From assembly GCA_028712095.1 (NCBI GenBank), contig JAQTQU010000002.1:1-53420 (forward strand): 53,420 nt of DNA. The letters run 5' to 3'. The notes under the pieces were generated by a model. It ran no database searches. It was given only the letters and a program-made list of their open reading frames with translations, and was not told the origin of the DNA. Shown here piece after piece: positions 1-8,662 of the stretch. Numbering within the stretch: the stretch's first letter is position 1; each line of letters begins with the position of its first letter. Both the position numbers and the translations under genes were made by a program. This DNA is from Candidatus Peribacteraceae bacterium (lineage in GTDB: Bacteria; Patescibacteriota; Gracilibacteria; Peribacterales; Peribacteraceae).

Positions 1-2041
1 CTACAATCATTCAACCGATTCCATGAGATTTGATACGACTGGCGGTGGAAAGGTCACGATTGATACCAGCGGCAACGTCGGCATCGGCACCACTGCACCC
101 GAAACCAAACTCGAAGTCGTCGGTTCCATGTCCGGACGGACGCTGCAGGTGACGGGAACAGGGGCGGTACCGCTGTTCTTCGCTGATCAGACGACGGGGA
201 GAGTGGGGGTCGGGACGGCGAGTCCGGCAGAGTTGCTCCATGTTTCCGGCAATGCGAATTTCGGCCCGGCGCTGAGTACCGCACCGACAATGCCGCAAGG
301 ATCAGATTTCTCTAACGGTCGGTATGTGACTCTTCGCTCGAACGCAGTCAACGAGGATGTGGGAATGCTCATGCGTAGGAGCGCCGATGATCTTTTGGGG
401 TTGGATATGTGGGTCAGTACGTCAGGTGGGGACACGTATATTGATCATCTCTGGCCGACCGTGACGAGCGGTCTGCATTTCCGGACGAACGCGGCAAACG
501 GGTATACGCCGAAGGAAGTGATGTTCCTGAATTCTGCCGGCAACGTGGGTATTGGGACGACAAGCCCCGGTGGCGCAGGCGGAAACGTTGAGATAAAGTT
601 TGCAAACTCTGCTATCAATCGTGGAGTAGGAACTCCTGCTCAGCTTTTTATTGGAGATACTGCTACCAGCCAAACAGCTGATTCAGGAGGTCGTATTGAT
701 TTGGGAGGTTATGAGGCAGGCTTGGGATACAGATATACATGGGGTGGCATAAAAGGAGCGGCAGAGGCAGCATCAGGAGCTGAAGGTTATTTAAGTCTAT
801 TCACACAAGGTTCTGATAGTGGTCTTTATGAAAGGATGAGGATAGATAGCACCGGCAACGTAGGCATCGGCACCACCGCACCCGAAACCAAGCTCGAAGT
901 CACCGGCACCGCCTCAGGGAACTACGTCTTCGGGCAGCAGGGCTTGGGGGCATCGGGAGCTGTGGTGATCAAGAAGCTCGCCGGAACCGGAACGGGAAAT
1001 ATCTTCATCGTGGATACGCAGGGCCTCGTCTATGACGCGACGAACAAGAGGGTGGGGATCGGGACGACAAGTCCGGGGGAAAAATTGACCATTGAAAAAG
1101 CATCTGGTGGCGGAGGGGTATATACAAATTTTATAAAGATGCAAGTTGATGGCAATGCATCGTCAGATTATTTTATTCGTAGATATGGTTCGGATGGCGT
1201 TCTTGATTTTTATGGAACCCAAGCTCCCTACAGTTCTTTTTCGTTTACTACTTCTGTTGGAGAGGCACTAAGGATACTAAATAATGGCAACGTCGGCATC
1301 GGCACTGCGTCACCGGAGAATAAACTGGAAGTGGCAGGGTCGATGTCCGGCCGCACGCTGCAGGTGACGGGGACGGGGGCGGCGCCGCTCATCACCACCG
1401 TGGGAGGGAATGTCGGTATCGGGACGGCGACACCGACGCACGATCTGAATGTCGTCGGAGACGTCAGCGTATCGGGATCCCTGATCGTCAATGAGAGCGA
1501 CATGGTGAGGGATATCTACCTCCCGATCATTCCGAGCTTTGGGTATCAGGCGAACACGAATCCCGCAACCGTGACTCTCTTGAACGGGGATAGCTACATC
1601 GTTTCCGCCTCATCCCAATTCAGCACGGATTATCCTGCGCGAAATCCCCTCCTCTACTACACGGATGCGAATGCGTGGGGCGGGGAAACGGGGTATCTCT
1701 TCCAGGAACCCGACGCGTACTCCGAATGGGCGACATTGGGGGAAACGGCGAATTACTGGCTGCAGATTCAGCTGCCACGGGCGGTTGCGGCCCAGAAGGT
1801 GGCCGTGATGGGAAGATCCAATACGGAAGATCCGCAGACGTGGAAACTGCAAGGCTCCAATAACGGTTCCACCTGGACGGATCTTCTCACCGGACAACCG
1901 GCAATGGACTCGGCCACCCCCCAGGCCTACACATTCTCCAACACGGTGAAGTACAGCTACTACCGGATCTTCGTCACTGACTCTGCGCCGGGAACCTTGA
2001 ATGCAGGCATGCAGTTGTTCCAGCTCTGGACGAAAATATAA
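1..2041 (+). CDS. Fibre-like repeat surface protein, 5' end outside the window, with a C-terminal discoidin (F5/8 type C)-like domain
   Basis: The frame of ORF 23..2041 stays open back to nt 2, and the first residues already lie inside a repeat unit. There are seven G-x-V-G-[IV]-G-T-x-x-P-x-x-x-L-x-[VI] motifs. The last ~150 aa (WKLQGSNNGSTWTDL...YYRIFVTDS) resemble a galactose-binding/discoidin fold. Confidence 0.85.
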   Translation, partial: YNHSTDSMRFDTTGGGKVTIDTSGNVGIGTTAPETKLEVVGSMSGRTLQVTGTGAVPLFFADQTTGRVGVGTASPAELLHVSGNANFGPALSTAPTMPQGSDFSNGRYVTLRSNAVNEDVGMLMRRSADDLLGLDMWVSTSGGDTYIDHLWPTVTSGLHFRTNAANGYTPKEVMFLNSAGNVGIGTTSPGGAGGNVEIKFANSAINRGVGTPAQLFIGDTATSQTADSGGRIDLGGYEAGLGYRYTWGGIKGAAEAASGAEGYLSLFTQGSDSGLYERMRIDSTGNVGIGTTAPETKLEVTGTASGNYVFGQQGLGASGAVVIKKLAGTGTGNIFIVDTQGLVYDATNKRVGIGTTSPGEKLTIEKASGGGGVYTNFIKMQVDGNASSDYFIRRYGSDGVLDFYGTQAPYSSFSFTTSVGEALRILNNGNVGIGTASPENKLEVAGSMSGRTLQVTGTGAAPLITTVGGNVGIGTATPTHDLNVVGDVSVSGSLIVNESDMVRDIYLPIIPSFGYQANTNPATVTLLNGDSYIVSASSQFSTDYPARNPLLYYTDANAWGGETGYLFQEPDAYSEWATLGETANYWLQIQLPRAVAAQKVAVMGRSNTEDPQTWKLQGSNNGSTWTDLLTGQPAMDSATPQAYTFSNTVKYSYYRIFVTDSAPGTLNAGMQLFQLWTKI

Positions 2042-2247
2042 CATGAACAGGTTCTCTCCATGCCCCCCGGCTTCAGCGCTCCCCTTCGTCGGGCACCTCC
2101 TCTCCCAAAAAAGCTACCTCGATACACTCCGCGCTCATTGCGCCAAACGCGCCTGCCCCGCGGGCAAACTGCCGAAGAATGATCAGCTCTTAGAACGGCT
2201 GCAGGAAGAAACGCAGGTTGTCTGACATCTGGTAGTATGCTGCCAAC

Positions 2248-2337
2248 GGAAGCGTGCCAGAGTGGTCGATCGGGCCTGTCTTGAAAACAGGTAGACCCCA
2301 AAGGGTCTCGGAGGTTCGAATCCTCCCGCTTCCGCCA
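2248..2337 (+). tRNA. tRNA-Ser (anticodon UGA), long variable arm, CCA encoded
   Basis: Acceptor stem GGAAGCG/CGCTTCC. Anticodon arm CCTGT-CTTGAAA-ACAGG. Long variable arm TAGACCCCAAAGGGTCTC. T arm GGAGG-TTCGAAT-CCTCC. Discriminator G followed by CCA. Confidence 0.92.
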
Positions 2338-2372
2338 CTCAACAGTACAACCATCTCAAGCCGAAAGCGCAA

Positions 2373-2411
2373 CCCCCCTCCCCCGATGGGGGAGGGTCAG
2401 GGGAGAGGGGG
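2373..2411. repeat. Left G/C-rich inverted repeat flanking the DUF559 gene
   Basis: Sequence CCCCCCTCCCCCGATGGGGGAGGGTCAGGGGAGAGGGGG. It is internally hairpin-forming (CCCTCCCCC-GAT-GGGGGAGGG). Its reverse complement has the same C-block/C-block/G-block layout as 2817..2855 and shares the first 11 nt, CCCCCTCTCCC. Confidence 0.65.
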
Positions 2412-2412
2412 T

Positions 2413-2790
2413 TCATTCCTGAGACACACCCAGGATATCTGCAATGCTCTTTAGCACCATCTCGCCGTTTTCCAAAACGTGACCATCCTCAAAGCGAAGA
2501 ACATGTAATCCCTGTGCAAAGAGGAAAGCCTCGCGCTTTCGGTCATACTGCCGGGCCTCTGGTGTGTAATGGGTTGCACCATCCACTTCGATCACGAGTT
2601 TTTGTTCGACACACAGAAAATCCACGATAAACGGGCCAACAGGAACCTGACGTCGGAATTTAAAACCGTGAAATCGCTTTGCCTTGAGCCACTTCCAAAG
2701 CATTTTTTCACCAGCTGTTTGCTCCAAACGTAACTTGCGCGCGAAGGCAACTTTGGGTGGATGGGTACAGTGGAGAAAGTTGCGGAGCAT
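2413..2790 (-). CDS. DUF559 / Vsr-like endonuclease-domain protein (125 aa)
   Basis: ARKLRLEQTAGEKMLWKWLKAKRFHGFKFRRQVPVGPFIVDFLCVEQKLVIEVDGATH...REAFLFAQGLHVLRF matches the DUF559 (very-short-patch-repair-endonuclease-like) pattern from memory. A TATACT box lies 11 nt upstream of the ATG. Confidence 0.85.
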   Translation of the reverse strand: MLRNFLHCTHPPKVAFARKLRLEQTAGEKMLWKWLKAKRFHGFKFRRQVPVGPFIVDFLCVEQKLVIEVDGATHYTPEARQYDRKREAFLFAQGLHVLRFEDGHVLENGEMVLKSIADILGVSQE

Positions 2791-2816
2791 AGAGGCGAAG
2801 TAGTATACCGCGCCAG

Positions 2817-2855
2817 ACCCCCTCTCCCTACCCCTCTCCCAAAGGGAGAGGGAAG
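2817..2855. repeat. Right G/C-rich inverted repeat flanking the DUF559 gene
   Basis: Sequence CCCCCTCTCCCTACCCCTCTCCCAAAGGGAGAGGGAAGG, with an internal hairpin CTCTCCC-AAA-GGGAGAG. It is the inverted partner of 2373..2411. Confidence 0.65.
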
Positions 2856-3016
2856 GCCCTTTTGTGCTTCACTGGCCTCGCAAACACCACAAGCAGCTTC
2901 CTCCGCATTCCCTCCGATCCACTCATGCCTCGAGTGCTTGCAGTATTCAGATTTATATCTTTTATATATTTTAAAACCCTACGGCAAACTCCGTTTTTCT
3001 GCTATAATTAGCTGAA

Positions 3017-6000
3017 TTGTCTTCATTACAAAAAACACTCCTCGGCACGACTGTTTTTGCGGGCCTTCTGCTGGTTCTGCCGCAGAACGCCGGTGCCGTT
3101 TCCTCGTGGAACCCGGGCTTGCTCGCAAATACCGAGGCCTTTCAGGTCATCGATGATGCCGATACCGATGCCGACGTGCAGCTGAAGTTCGGCGAAACAC
3201 TGCAGGAGAGCCTGACGTATAACCGCGGAGAATCCCGCTTCGAGTTCACGAGGTCGCTTCAGGTGGGCGGCAACCTGACCGCAACAGGATCGCTCAATGT
3301 GCTCGGCACCATGTCCGGCAAGTCGCTGCAGGTGACGGGGACGGGTGCGGCGCCGCTGATCTATACGGATCAAACGACGGGGAGGGTGGGTATTGGAACA
3401 GTGAGCCCAACAGGGAAACTTTCTATTATCGACGGAAACGGAACTGCGCCTACTACGACCGCTGCATTGACAATCGCAACGGGTGTCGGAGGCGGGAGCA
3501 CACCACTGGTAGTGAAATATCAGGACAACGAAGATTCGCAGGCGGGAATGATGATGATGGAGACGACGGAAGGAATTCTGGCAAATATGGGTGCGGGCGG
3601 CACAAATGTTTTCAGAATCAATGCGCATGAAGGTAACGCGATGGCGTTAACGGTGAACGACAGGCAGGAAGGCATAAGAATCACAGCCGCCGGCAACGTC
3701 GGCATCGGCACCGCCGCGCCCGAAACAAAGCTCGAAGTCACCGGCACCGCATCGGGGAACTACGTCTTCGGGCAGCAGGGCTTGGGGGCATCGGGAGCTG
3801 TGGTGATCAAGAAGCTCGCCGGAACCGGAACAGGCAACATCTTCATCGTGGATACGCAGGGTCTCGTCTACGATGCGACGAATAAGCGGGTGGGGATCGG
3901 GACGGCGAGTCCAGCTCAGGCATTGGAGGTTGTCTCTACAATACAGACAAGTGGTGCAGCATCACCCAAAGTCATACTGAAGTCTACTGGTACGAATGAT
4001 GCAGACGGAGGTGAAGTACAATTATTTGAATCAAATGGCACGTACGGTTGGGGACTTCGCAATGTAACACAAGGAGACGTATTCACTATCGGCAAGTATA
4101 CGAATGGATCTTGGGGGGAAAGATTGAGAATTGGACAAAAAGGTCAATTAATAATCCAAGACGGAGGAACATTCGTAACCGCTGTTGGTGATGAAGGAAT
4201 ACTCTTTGATACGAATGCCGGACAAGATGGTATTGAATTTATTTCAAGCGTGAGTGGCGCTGGTTACGGCCATAGAATATTGGATGTAGATGGTGGCGCT
4301 GGTGCTGCTTTATTGAAAATTCAGGAGCGACTCAATAGCGGAACATTTTCCGATGTCGTGTCTGTTACCAATAGTCTCGTCGGCATCGGCACCACCGCGC
4401 CGGAAACCAAGCTCGAAGTCGTGGGGACGATGTCCGGTAAGTCGCTCCAGGTGACGGGGACGGGAGCGGCGCCGCTGATCTATACGGATCAAACGACGGG
4501 GAGGGTGGGGATCGGGACGGCGAGCCCCGAACAGGCTCTGCATATGAACGGGCATTTACTCCTGAATAATAACAACGAAATTAGATTTAAAGATTCTGGA
4601 GGAATACAAAGAACTGTCTTTGAATTAGACCCAAATAATGACCTTTGGTATGGAGGAAGCATGGCGGGTTCTGTCATCTTTGCGGGAGGCGGTTCGTATA
4701 CAGAGAGAATGAAAATAGATGATGACGGAGATATCATCATCAATGGAAATAATAAGGTTGGAATAGGAACAACTGCGCCCGAAACCAGGCTCGAAGTCAC
4801 GGGCACCGCATCGGGCGACCTTCTCCACGCCCAGCGCGGCCTCACCTCCTCCGGGTCCCTCGCGTGGGAAGGCACGGCAAGCGGGGCTTCGCTGTGGATT
4901 AGCAAACTCGAGGGGGCGGGGCTCGCGGACTGCGACACAAGTGACACGAGCAAACTGCTCTGGGACGCGACCACCGGGCGCTTCTCCTGCGGCACGGATC
5001 AGACGGGAGCGTCGAGCGGCATCTCTGCGACGACGGCGGAGGGCATGTTCGTAAACCAGGGGGGCGACACCATGACGGGGGCGCTCACCATTAATGAGGC
5101 TGGTGCCTCCACAAACGACCTACTTCTCAATGTTCTCGGCACGATGTCCGGTCGGTCACTGCAGGTAACAGGGACGGGAGCGGCTCCGCTCATCTTCACC
5201 GATACAACAACGGGAAGGGTGGGCATAGGGACGGCAAGTCCAACTGACACCAATGGATTCGGACGTGCATTGGATATCCAAAGCTCAAATGGAGGCGGCG
5301 CGTATTTTAGAGATTCAGACGATACGGGCAAATATGCGACAATCGGCTTTGCAGGCAGCCTTGGGTATATCGGAACATATGGAGCAAGCACGGCGCTGTC
5401 CATCCAAACTTCTGGGTCAGAGAAAGTACGGGTAGATACTTCCGGCAACGTCGGCATCGGCACAACGACACCCAACGCCAAGCTCTCGGTTGCAGGAACC
5501 GCTTCCGGCCGCATCTTGAGCTTCGGCGACCGCCTCACCGGCTCCGGAGCAGTCTCTATCCGCACACTCACCGATTCAACGACTGCGTTCCAGGTGCTGG
5601 ATAGCGATGGAGGAACGCCGGTGTTCAATATCGACACGACGAATGAGCGTATCGGTATCGGAACAGCTGCGCTCGAGACGGCGCTGGAAGTCGTCGGGAC
5701 AATGTCCGGAAAGTTCCTCCGGGTTACGGGAACAGGTGCGTCACCAATGATCTACGCCCATACAAGTAATGGTAACGTCGGCATCGGAACGGCGAGTCCC
5801 GAATCAAAGCTACATGTGTCAGGAGTTAGTGGAGTGTTATTTAAAGTTACAGGTGCTTCTTATCCATATTGGATGATAGAAGATACGACGGCAGGACATC
5901 AGGCATTCATGTCGTATCGCTCAGACGGAAACATGTTCTTTGACAATAATTATGATTTTACTGTCGCCAGTCAGACGTACGCTAACAGGGGAACTGCGAC

Positions 6001-7039
6001 AGCGGATACCCCAAGATTCAAGATTAAGGGAGCCACTGGCAACGTCGGCATCGGGACGACGGCACCCAACGCCAAGCTCTCGGTTGCAGGAACCGCTTCC
6101 GGTCGCATCTTAAGCTTCGGAGAACGCCTCACCGGCTCGGGCGCGGTCTCGATCCGCACCGCCACCGATTCCACCACGGCCTTCCAGGTGCTGGATAGCG
6201 ATGGAGGAACGCCGGTGTTTAACATCGATACGACCAATGAGCGGGTGGGCATCGGAAAATCAAATCCGTATTATCCCCTGGATGTCGTCGGGGAAATCCG
6301 TTCGAACGATGAAATCCGCATCTACAAAAACGGCTCCGATTCCGTCACGTCCGGCGCGAACTACTACCTCGCCAATGACGGCAATACCAGAGCCTGGACA
6401 CAACAGCTGGGCGCCGACAACGACATCGATTACTGGTACTACGACGGTTCTTCTTGGGAGAGAAAAGCGACGATGCAAACCACGGGCAACCTCGGACTCG
6501 GCACGACGGCACCCGAGACCAAACTCGAAGTCGTCGGCACCATCTCCGGATCACAGCTGCGCATGGGCAATGCCACCACTTCGGGCTCCATCGTCTACAG
6601 CAGTGGTTCCACCCTCATGGCCACGGCCAAGGGCGCCTCGGGGCAGGTGCTTGTTTCCAAGGGAACGGGCACGCCCCTCTGGCAGGCCCCGACGAGCGCC
6701 ATGCTCTGGTACATCGATGGATCGCTGGCGATAGGAACGAAGCAGGGCGCGACCGTCGTCATGCCGTTCGGCTTCACCTGCACCGACGTCGACCTGCGCG
6801 TGGATACGGCCCCCGTGGGGACCGACCTCATCGTGGATATCAACAAAGACGGGGGGACCATCTTCTCCACGCGGCCGCAGATCACGGACAGCCAAACCTC
6901 CGAAGCGGGCACGCACGCCTTCAGCACGACGGACCTTCCGGCAGGATCCGCCATCACGCTCGATATCGATCAGGTCGGCGGCGGCACCGCCGGATCCGAC
7001 CTCACGGTGATTCTGAAAGGGACACGGAAATACCCGTAA
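3017..7039 (+). CDS. Giant secreted fibre-like repeat protein (1340 aa)
   Basis: TTG start followed by a signal peptide (LLGTTVFAGLLLVLPQNAGA). There are about 13 G-x-V-G-I-G-T-x-x-P-x-x-K-L-x-V motifs. Three recurring module types are present. No stop occurs for 4 kb in a high-GC frame. Confidence 0.9.
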   Translation: MSSLQKTLLGTTVFAGLLLVLPQNAGAVSSWNPGLLANTEAFQVIDDADTDADVQLKFGETLQESLTYNRGESRFEFTRSLQVGGNLTATGSLNVLGTMSGKSLQVTGTGAAPLIYTDQTTGRVGIGTVSPTGKLSIIDGNGTAPTTTAALTIATGVGGGSTPLVVKYQDNEDSQAGMMMMETTEGILANMGAGGTNVFRINAHEGNAMALTVNDRQEGIRITAAGNVGIGTAAPETKLEVTGTASGNYVFGQQGLGASGAVVIKKLAGTGTGNIFIVDTQGLVYDATNKRVGIGTASPAQALEVVSTIQTSGAASPKVILKSTGTNDADGGEVQLFESNGTYGWGLRNVTQGDVFTIGKYTNGSWGERLRIGQKGQLIIQDGGTFVTAVGDEGILFDTNAGQDGIEFISSVSGAGYGHRILDVDGGAGAALLKIQERLNSGTFSDVVSVTNSLVGIGTTAPETKLEVVGTMSGKSLQVTGTGAAPLIYTDQTTGRVGIGTASPEQALHMNGHLLLNNNNEIRFKDSGGIQRTVFELDPNNDLWYGGSMAGSVIFAGGGSYTERMKIDDDGDIIINGNNKVGIGTTAPETRLEVTGTASGDLLHAQRGLTSSGSLAWEGTASGASLWISKLEGAGLADCDTSDTSKLLWDATTGRFSCGTDQTGASSGISATTAEGMFVNQGGDTMTGALTINEAGASTNDLLLNVLGTMSGRSLQVTGTGAAPLIFTDTTTGRVGIGTASPTDTNGFGRALDIQSSNGGGAYFRDSDDTGKYATIGFAGSLGYIGTYGASTALSIQTSGSEKVRVDTSGNVGIGTTTPNAKLSVAGTASGRILSFGDRLTGSGAVSIRTLTDSTTAFQVLDSDGGTPVFNIDTTNERIGIGTAALETALEVVGTMSGKFLRVTGTGASPMIYAHTSNGNVGIGTASPESKLHVSGVSGVLFKVTGASYPYWMIEDTTAGHQAFMSYRSDGNMFFDNNYDFTVASQTYANRGTATADTPRFKIKGATGNVGIGTTAPNAKLSVAGTASGRILSFGERLTGSGAVSIRTATDSTTAFQVLDSDGGTPVFNIDTTNERVGIGKSNPYYPLDVVGEIRSNDEIRIYKNGSDSVTSGANYYLANDGNTRAWTQQLGADNDIDYWYYDGSSWERKATMQTTGNLGLGTTAPETKLEVVGTISGSQLRMGNATTSGSIVYSSGSTLMATAKGASGQVLVSKGTGTPLWQAPTSAMLWYIDGSLAIGTKQGATVVMPFGFTCTDVDLRVDTAPVGTDLIVDINKDGGTIFSTRPQITDSQTSEAGTHAFSTTDLPAGSAITLDIDQVGGGTAGSDLTVILKGTRKYP

Positions 7040-7046
7040 CGAATGG

Positions 7047-8603
7047 CTACAACACGCTCTCTCTTCGAACAGACGAAGCGCTCGACGAGAAGAGAAACGC
7101 GGAGGTGCCGGGCAAGGGACGAAAGAGACGCTGATTGAGGAAGTAGAAAAAATGGGATCCGCCCCCGGAGGAAGAGCTGCTGGAAGAGGAGCTGCTGGAA
7201 TAACAGTAATTGACCTCCGGCGAGGAGCAGGACAGGTCCTGGTAGAACGTGCCGTAGCACGTGGCGGACGTGTAGCCGTCGTAGCAGGAATCGTACATGC
7301 AGCAGGCGCCCATCGGCTCGGAGCTGGAAGAACTGCTCATACAATCGTCGTAGCACCAGTACTCCTCTCCCGGATCGCAGATGTAATCGCCGCAGTACTC
7401 GTCGTTGGCGATCTGCCACTGGCGGTACTCCACCATCGTCAACATCTGTCCCCGACCGCCGAGTTCAAGGGGACCGACGAGGAAAAATTCCGGAGATATG
7501 TCCGGCGCGTCGTACTTGAACCGGAACTGCGCGGTCTCGCCCGCCTTCCACGACCCATGCCATTGAATGGTTCTCTCCTCGTCGTTGCGCACGCTCACCC
7601 GCGCCTTGGGTTCGGTCGTAAGAATCGTGAATCCCAACGGCACGACGTCCGTGATCGTCCCCCGAAAATCCTCGAAGAAGCTGACCGTGATTGTCATGGG
7701 AGAGGCGGCCCGCGGCCACAGGCGCGTCGCGGCGGCCCGTGCGATGATCACGGGAGGATCCGCAAGAACCGGAATAGTGCCCGAAACGGTCCACGTCCCG
7801 TCCGCCGTCGTCGCGAACACGTCGTAGGAGTACACCCCCTTCAAAGGCAGGGGCAAACTGGCCCGGTAATCCGGACTGATGGATCCCGGCTGAATCTGCC
7901 CGCAGGTTCCCGTGACGACGATGCCGCCGTTCGCCGTGGAGAGGACGGTGAGCGAACCGTCGGGGGAGCGGACGACGAGCGAGAGATCCGCATCGCAAAC
8001 GATGCGTCCGTATTCGTCCAGCACGCCGAAAGCGAATTCCGCCGTCTCGCCCGCGAGATAACGGTCCTTGTCCGGATTGACAGCCAAAACACCCCAGGCG
8101 AAATCCTGCTCCACCGTCGCGGGGAAGGTCGCGCTCGGGTACAGCGTCAGCGTATAGAGTCCCGGCCGGAACGCGCGGGGAAGCCGCAAATCTACGCCGC
8201 CGCCTTCCGGACGCGTGACGGTATGGACGGCGTAGTGAATGTCGCCGAGGGAGAGCAGCGCGTCCGGGTGGGCTCGCAACGTGCGCGGGAGGACGGGAAA
8301 AGGGACCTTGGCATCGTCGGGCAACGTCGGCAGAGAAATCCGAGCCGACTCCTTCGCATGCGCCTTGCGCATGGAACGCGGTTGCCGGGTGTTTCGCGGC
8401 TGCGCAAGGAAAATGTGCGAACCGTCAGAAAGCGATTGCTGGATCTGAGAGCCAAATACCGGAAGCTGATCGACAACGGTCTGCTCGGCGGCCGCGTGTG
8501 CGGCACACCACACCGTCGCCAATACCAGTCCGAGGAAGAGCAGCAAGGCACGATCAAGCGCAGTGCCTATGTCACCCCGCTGCCCTGAAGAAGAATCCAT
8601 CAC
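7047..8603 (-). CDS. Secreted or membrane-anchored protein with beta-sandwich-like central region and a Cys/Tyr/Asp-rich plus poly-Ser C-terminus
   Basis: N-terminal hydrophobic segment LLLFLGLVLATVWCAAHAAA. The central region has a DUF11/CARDB-like look (ITDVVPLGFTIL...). The C-terminus reads CGDYICDPGEEYWCYDDC...CCMYDSCYDGY...SSSSSSSSSSS. The start is GTG 8603 or ATG 8600. Confidence 0.75.
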   Translation of the reverse strand: MMDSSSGQRGDIGTALDRALLLFLGLVLATVWCAAHAAAEQTVVDQLPVFGSQIQQSLSDGSHIFLAQPRNTRQPRSMRKAHAKESARISLPTLPDDAKVPFPVLPRTLRAHPDALLSLGDIHYAVHTVTRPEGGGVDLRLPRAFRPGLYTLTLYPSATFPATVEQDFAWGVLAVNPDKDRYLAGETAEFAFGVLDEYGRIVCDADLSLVVRSPDGSLTVLSTANGGIVVTGTCGQIQPGSISPDYRASLPLPLKGVYSYDVFATTADGTWTVSGTIPVLADPPVIIARAAATRLWPRAASPMTITVSFFEDFRGTITDVVPLGFTILTTEPKARVSVRNDEERTIQWHGSWKAGETAQFRFKYDAPDISPEFFLVGPLELGGRGQMLTMVEYRQWQIANDEYCGDYICDPGEEYWCYDDCMSSSSSSEPMGACCMYDSCYDGYTSATCYGTFYQDLSCSSPEVNYCYSSSSSSSSSSSGGGSHFFYFLNQRLFRPLPGTSAFLFSSSASSVRRESVL

Positions 8604-8662
8604 GCGGGATCATAGCCGAAAGCAGCGGCGAGGAAGAAGGGAACCGTGATCAGAACATACCG

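Larger units (their letters stand above)
2373..2855 (-). mobile_element. Candidate miniature selfish cassette: inverted repeat, -10 box, DUF559 ORF, inverted repeat, located 35 nt downstream of tRNA-Ser
   Basis: Imperfect 39-bp inverted repeats bracket one small endonuclease ORF and its own -10 box. The unit is tRNA-adjacent. No transposase is present and mobility is inferred only. Confidence 0.4.

Noticed and set aside
2043-2225. 60-aa ORF (MNRFSPCPPASALPFVGHLL...) between the first fibre gene and tRNA-Ser
   Set aside because: It has no motif, no promoter or coupling signal, and its composition is compatible with chance in high-GC DNA. It could be a remnant, but there is not enough support.
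2210-2238. Promoter for tRNA-Ser around TAGTAT (2233..2238)
   Set aside because: The -10-like hexamer is well placed, 9 nt before the tRNA. However, no acceptable -35 lies at 16-18 nt (the TTGTCT is only 9 nt away), so I did not call it.
854-3904. Diversity-generating retroelement (template/variable repeat pair) as explanation for the shared 213-nt cassette
   Set aside because: Mismatches are synonymous third-position changes of all types rather than adenine-specific. Both copies are coding. No reverse transcriptase gene is in the window.
6201-7134. Alternative-frame plus ORFs 6201..6734 and 6454..7134
   Set aside because: They lie inside the 1340-aa fibre gene, in other frames. They are Arg/His/Pro-rich with no signal or motifs.
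7152-8588. 478-aa plus-strand ORF
   Set aside because: It is the antisense shadow of 7047..8603. The composition is Arg/Gly/Ala-rich, typical of off-frame high-GC DNA, and there are no motifs. The minus-strand product has a signal peptide and domain-like structure.
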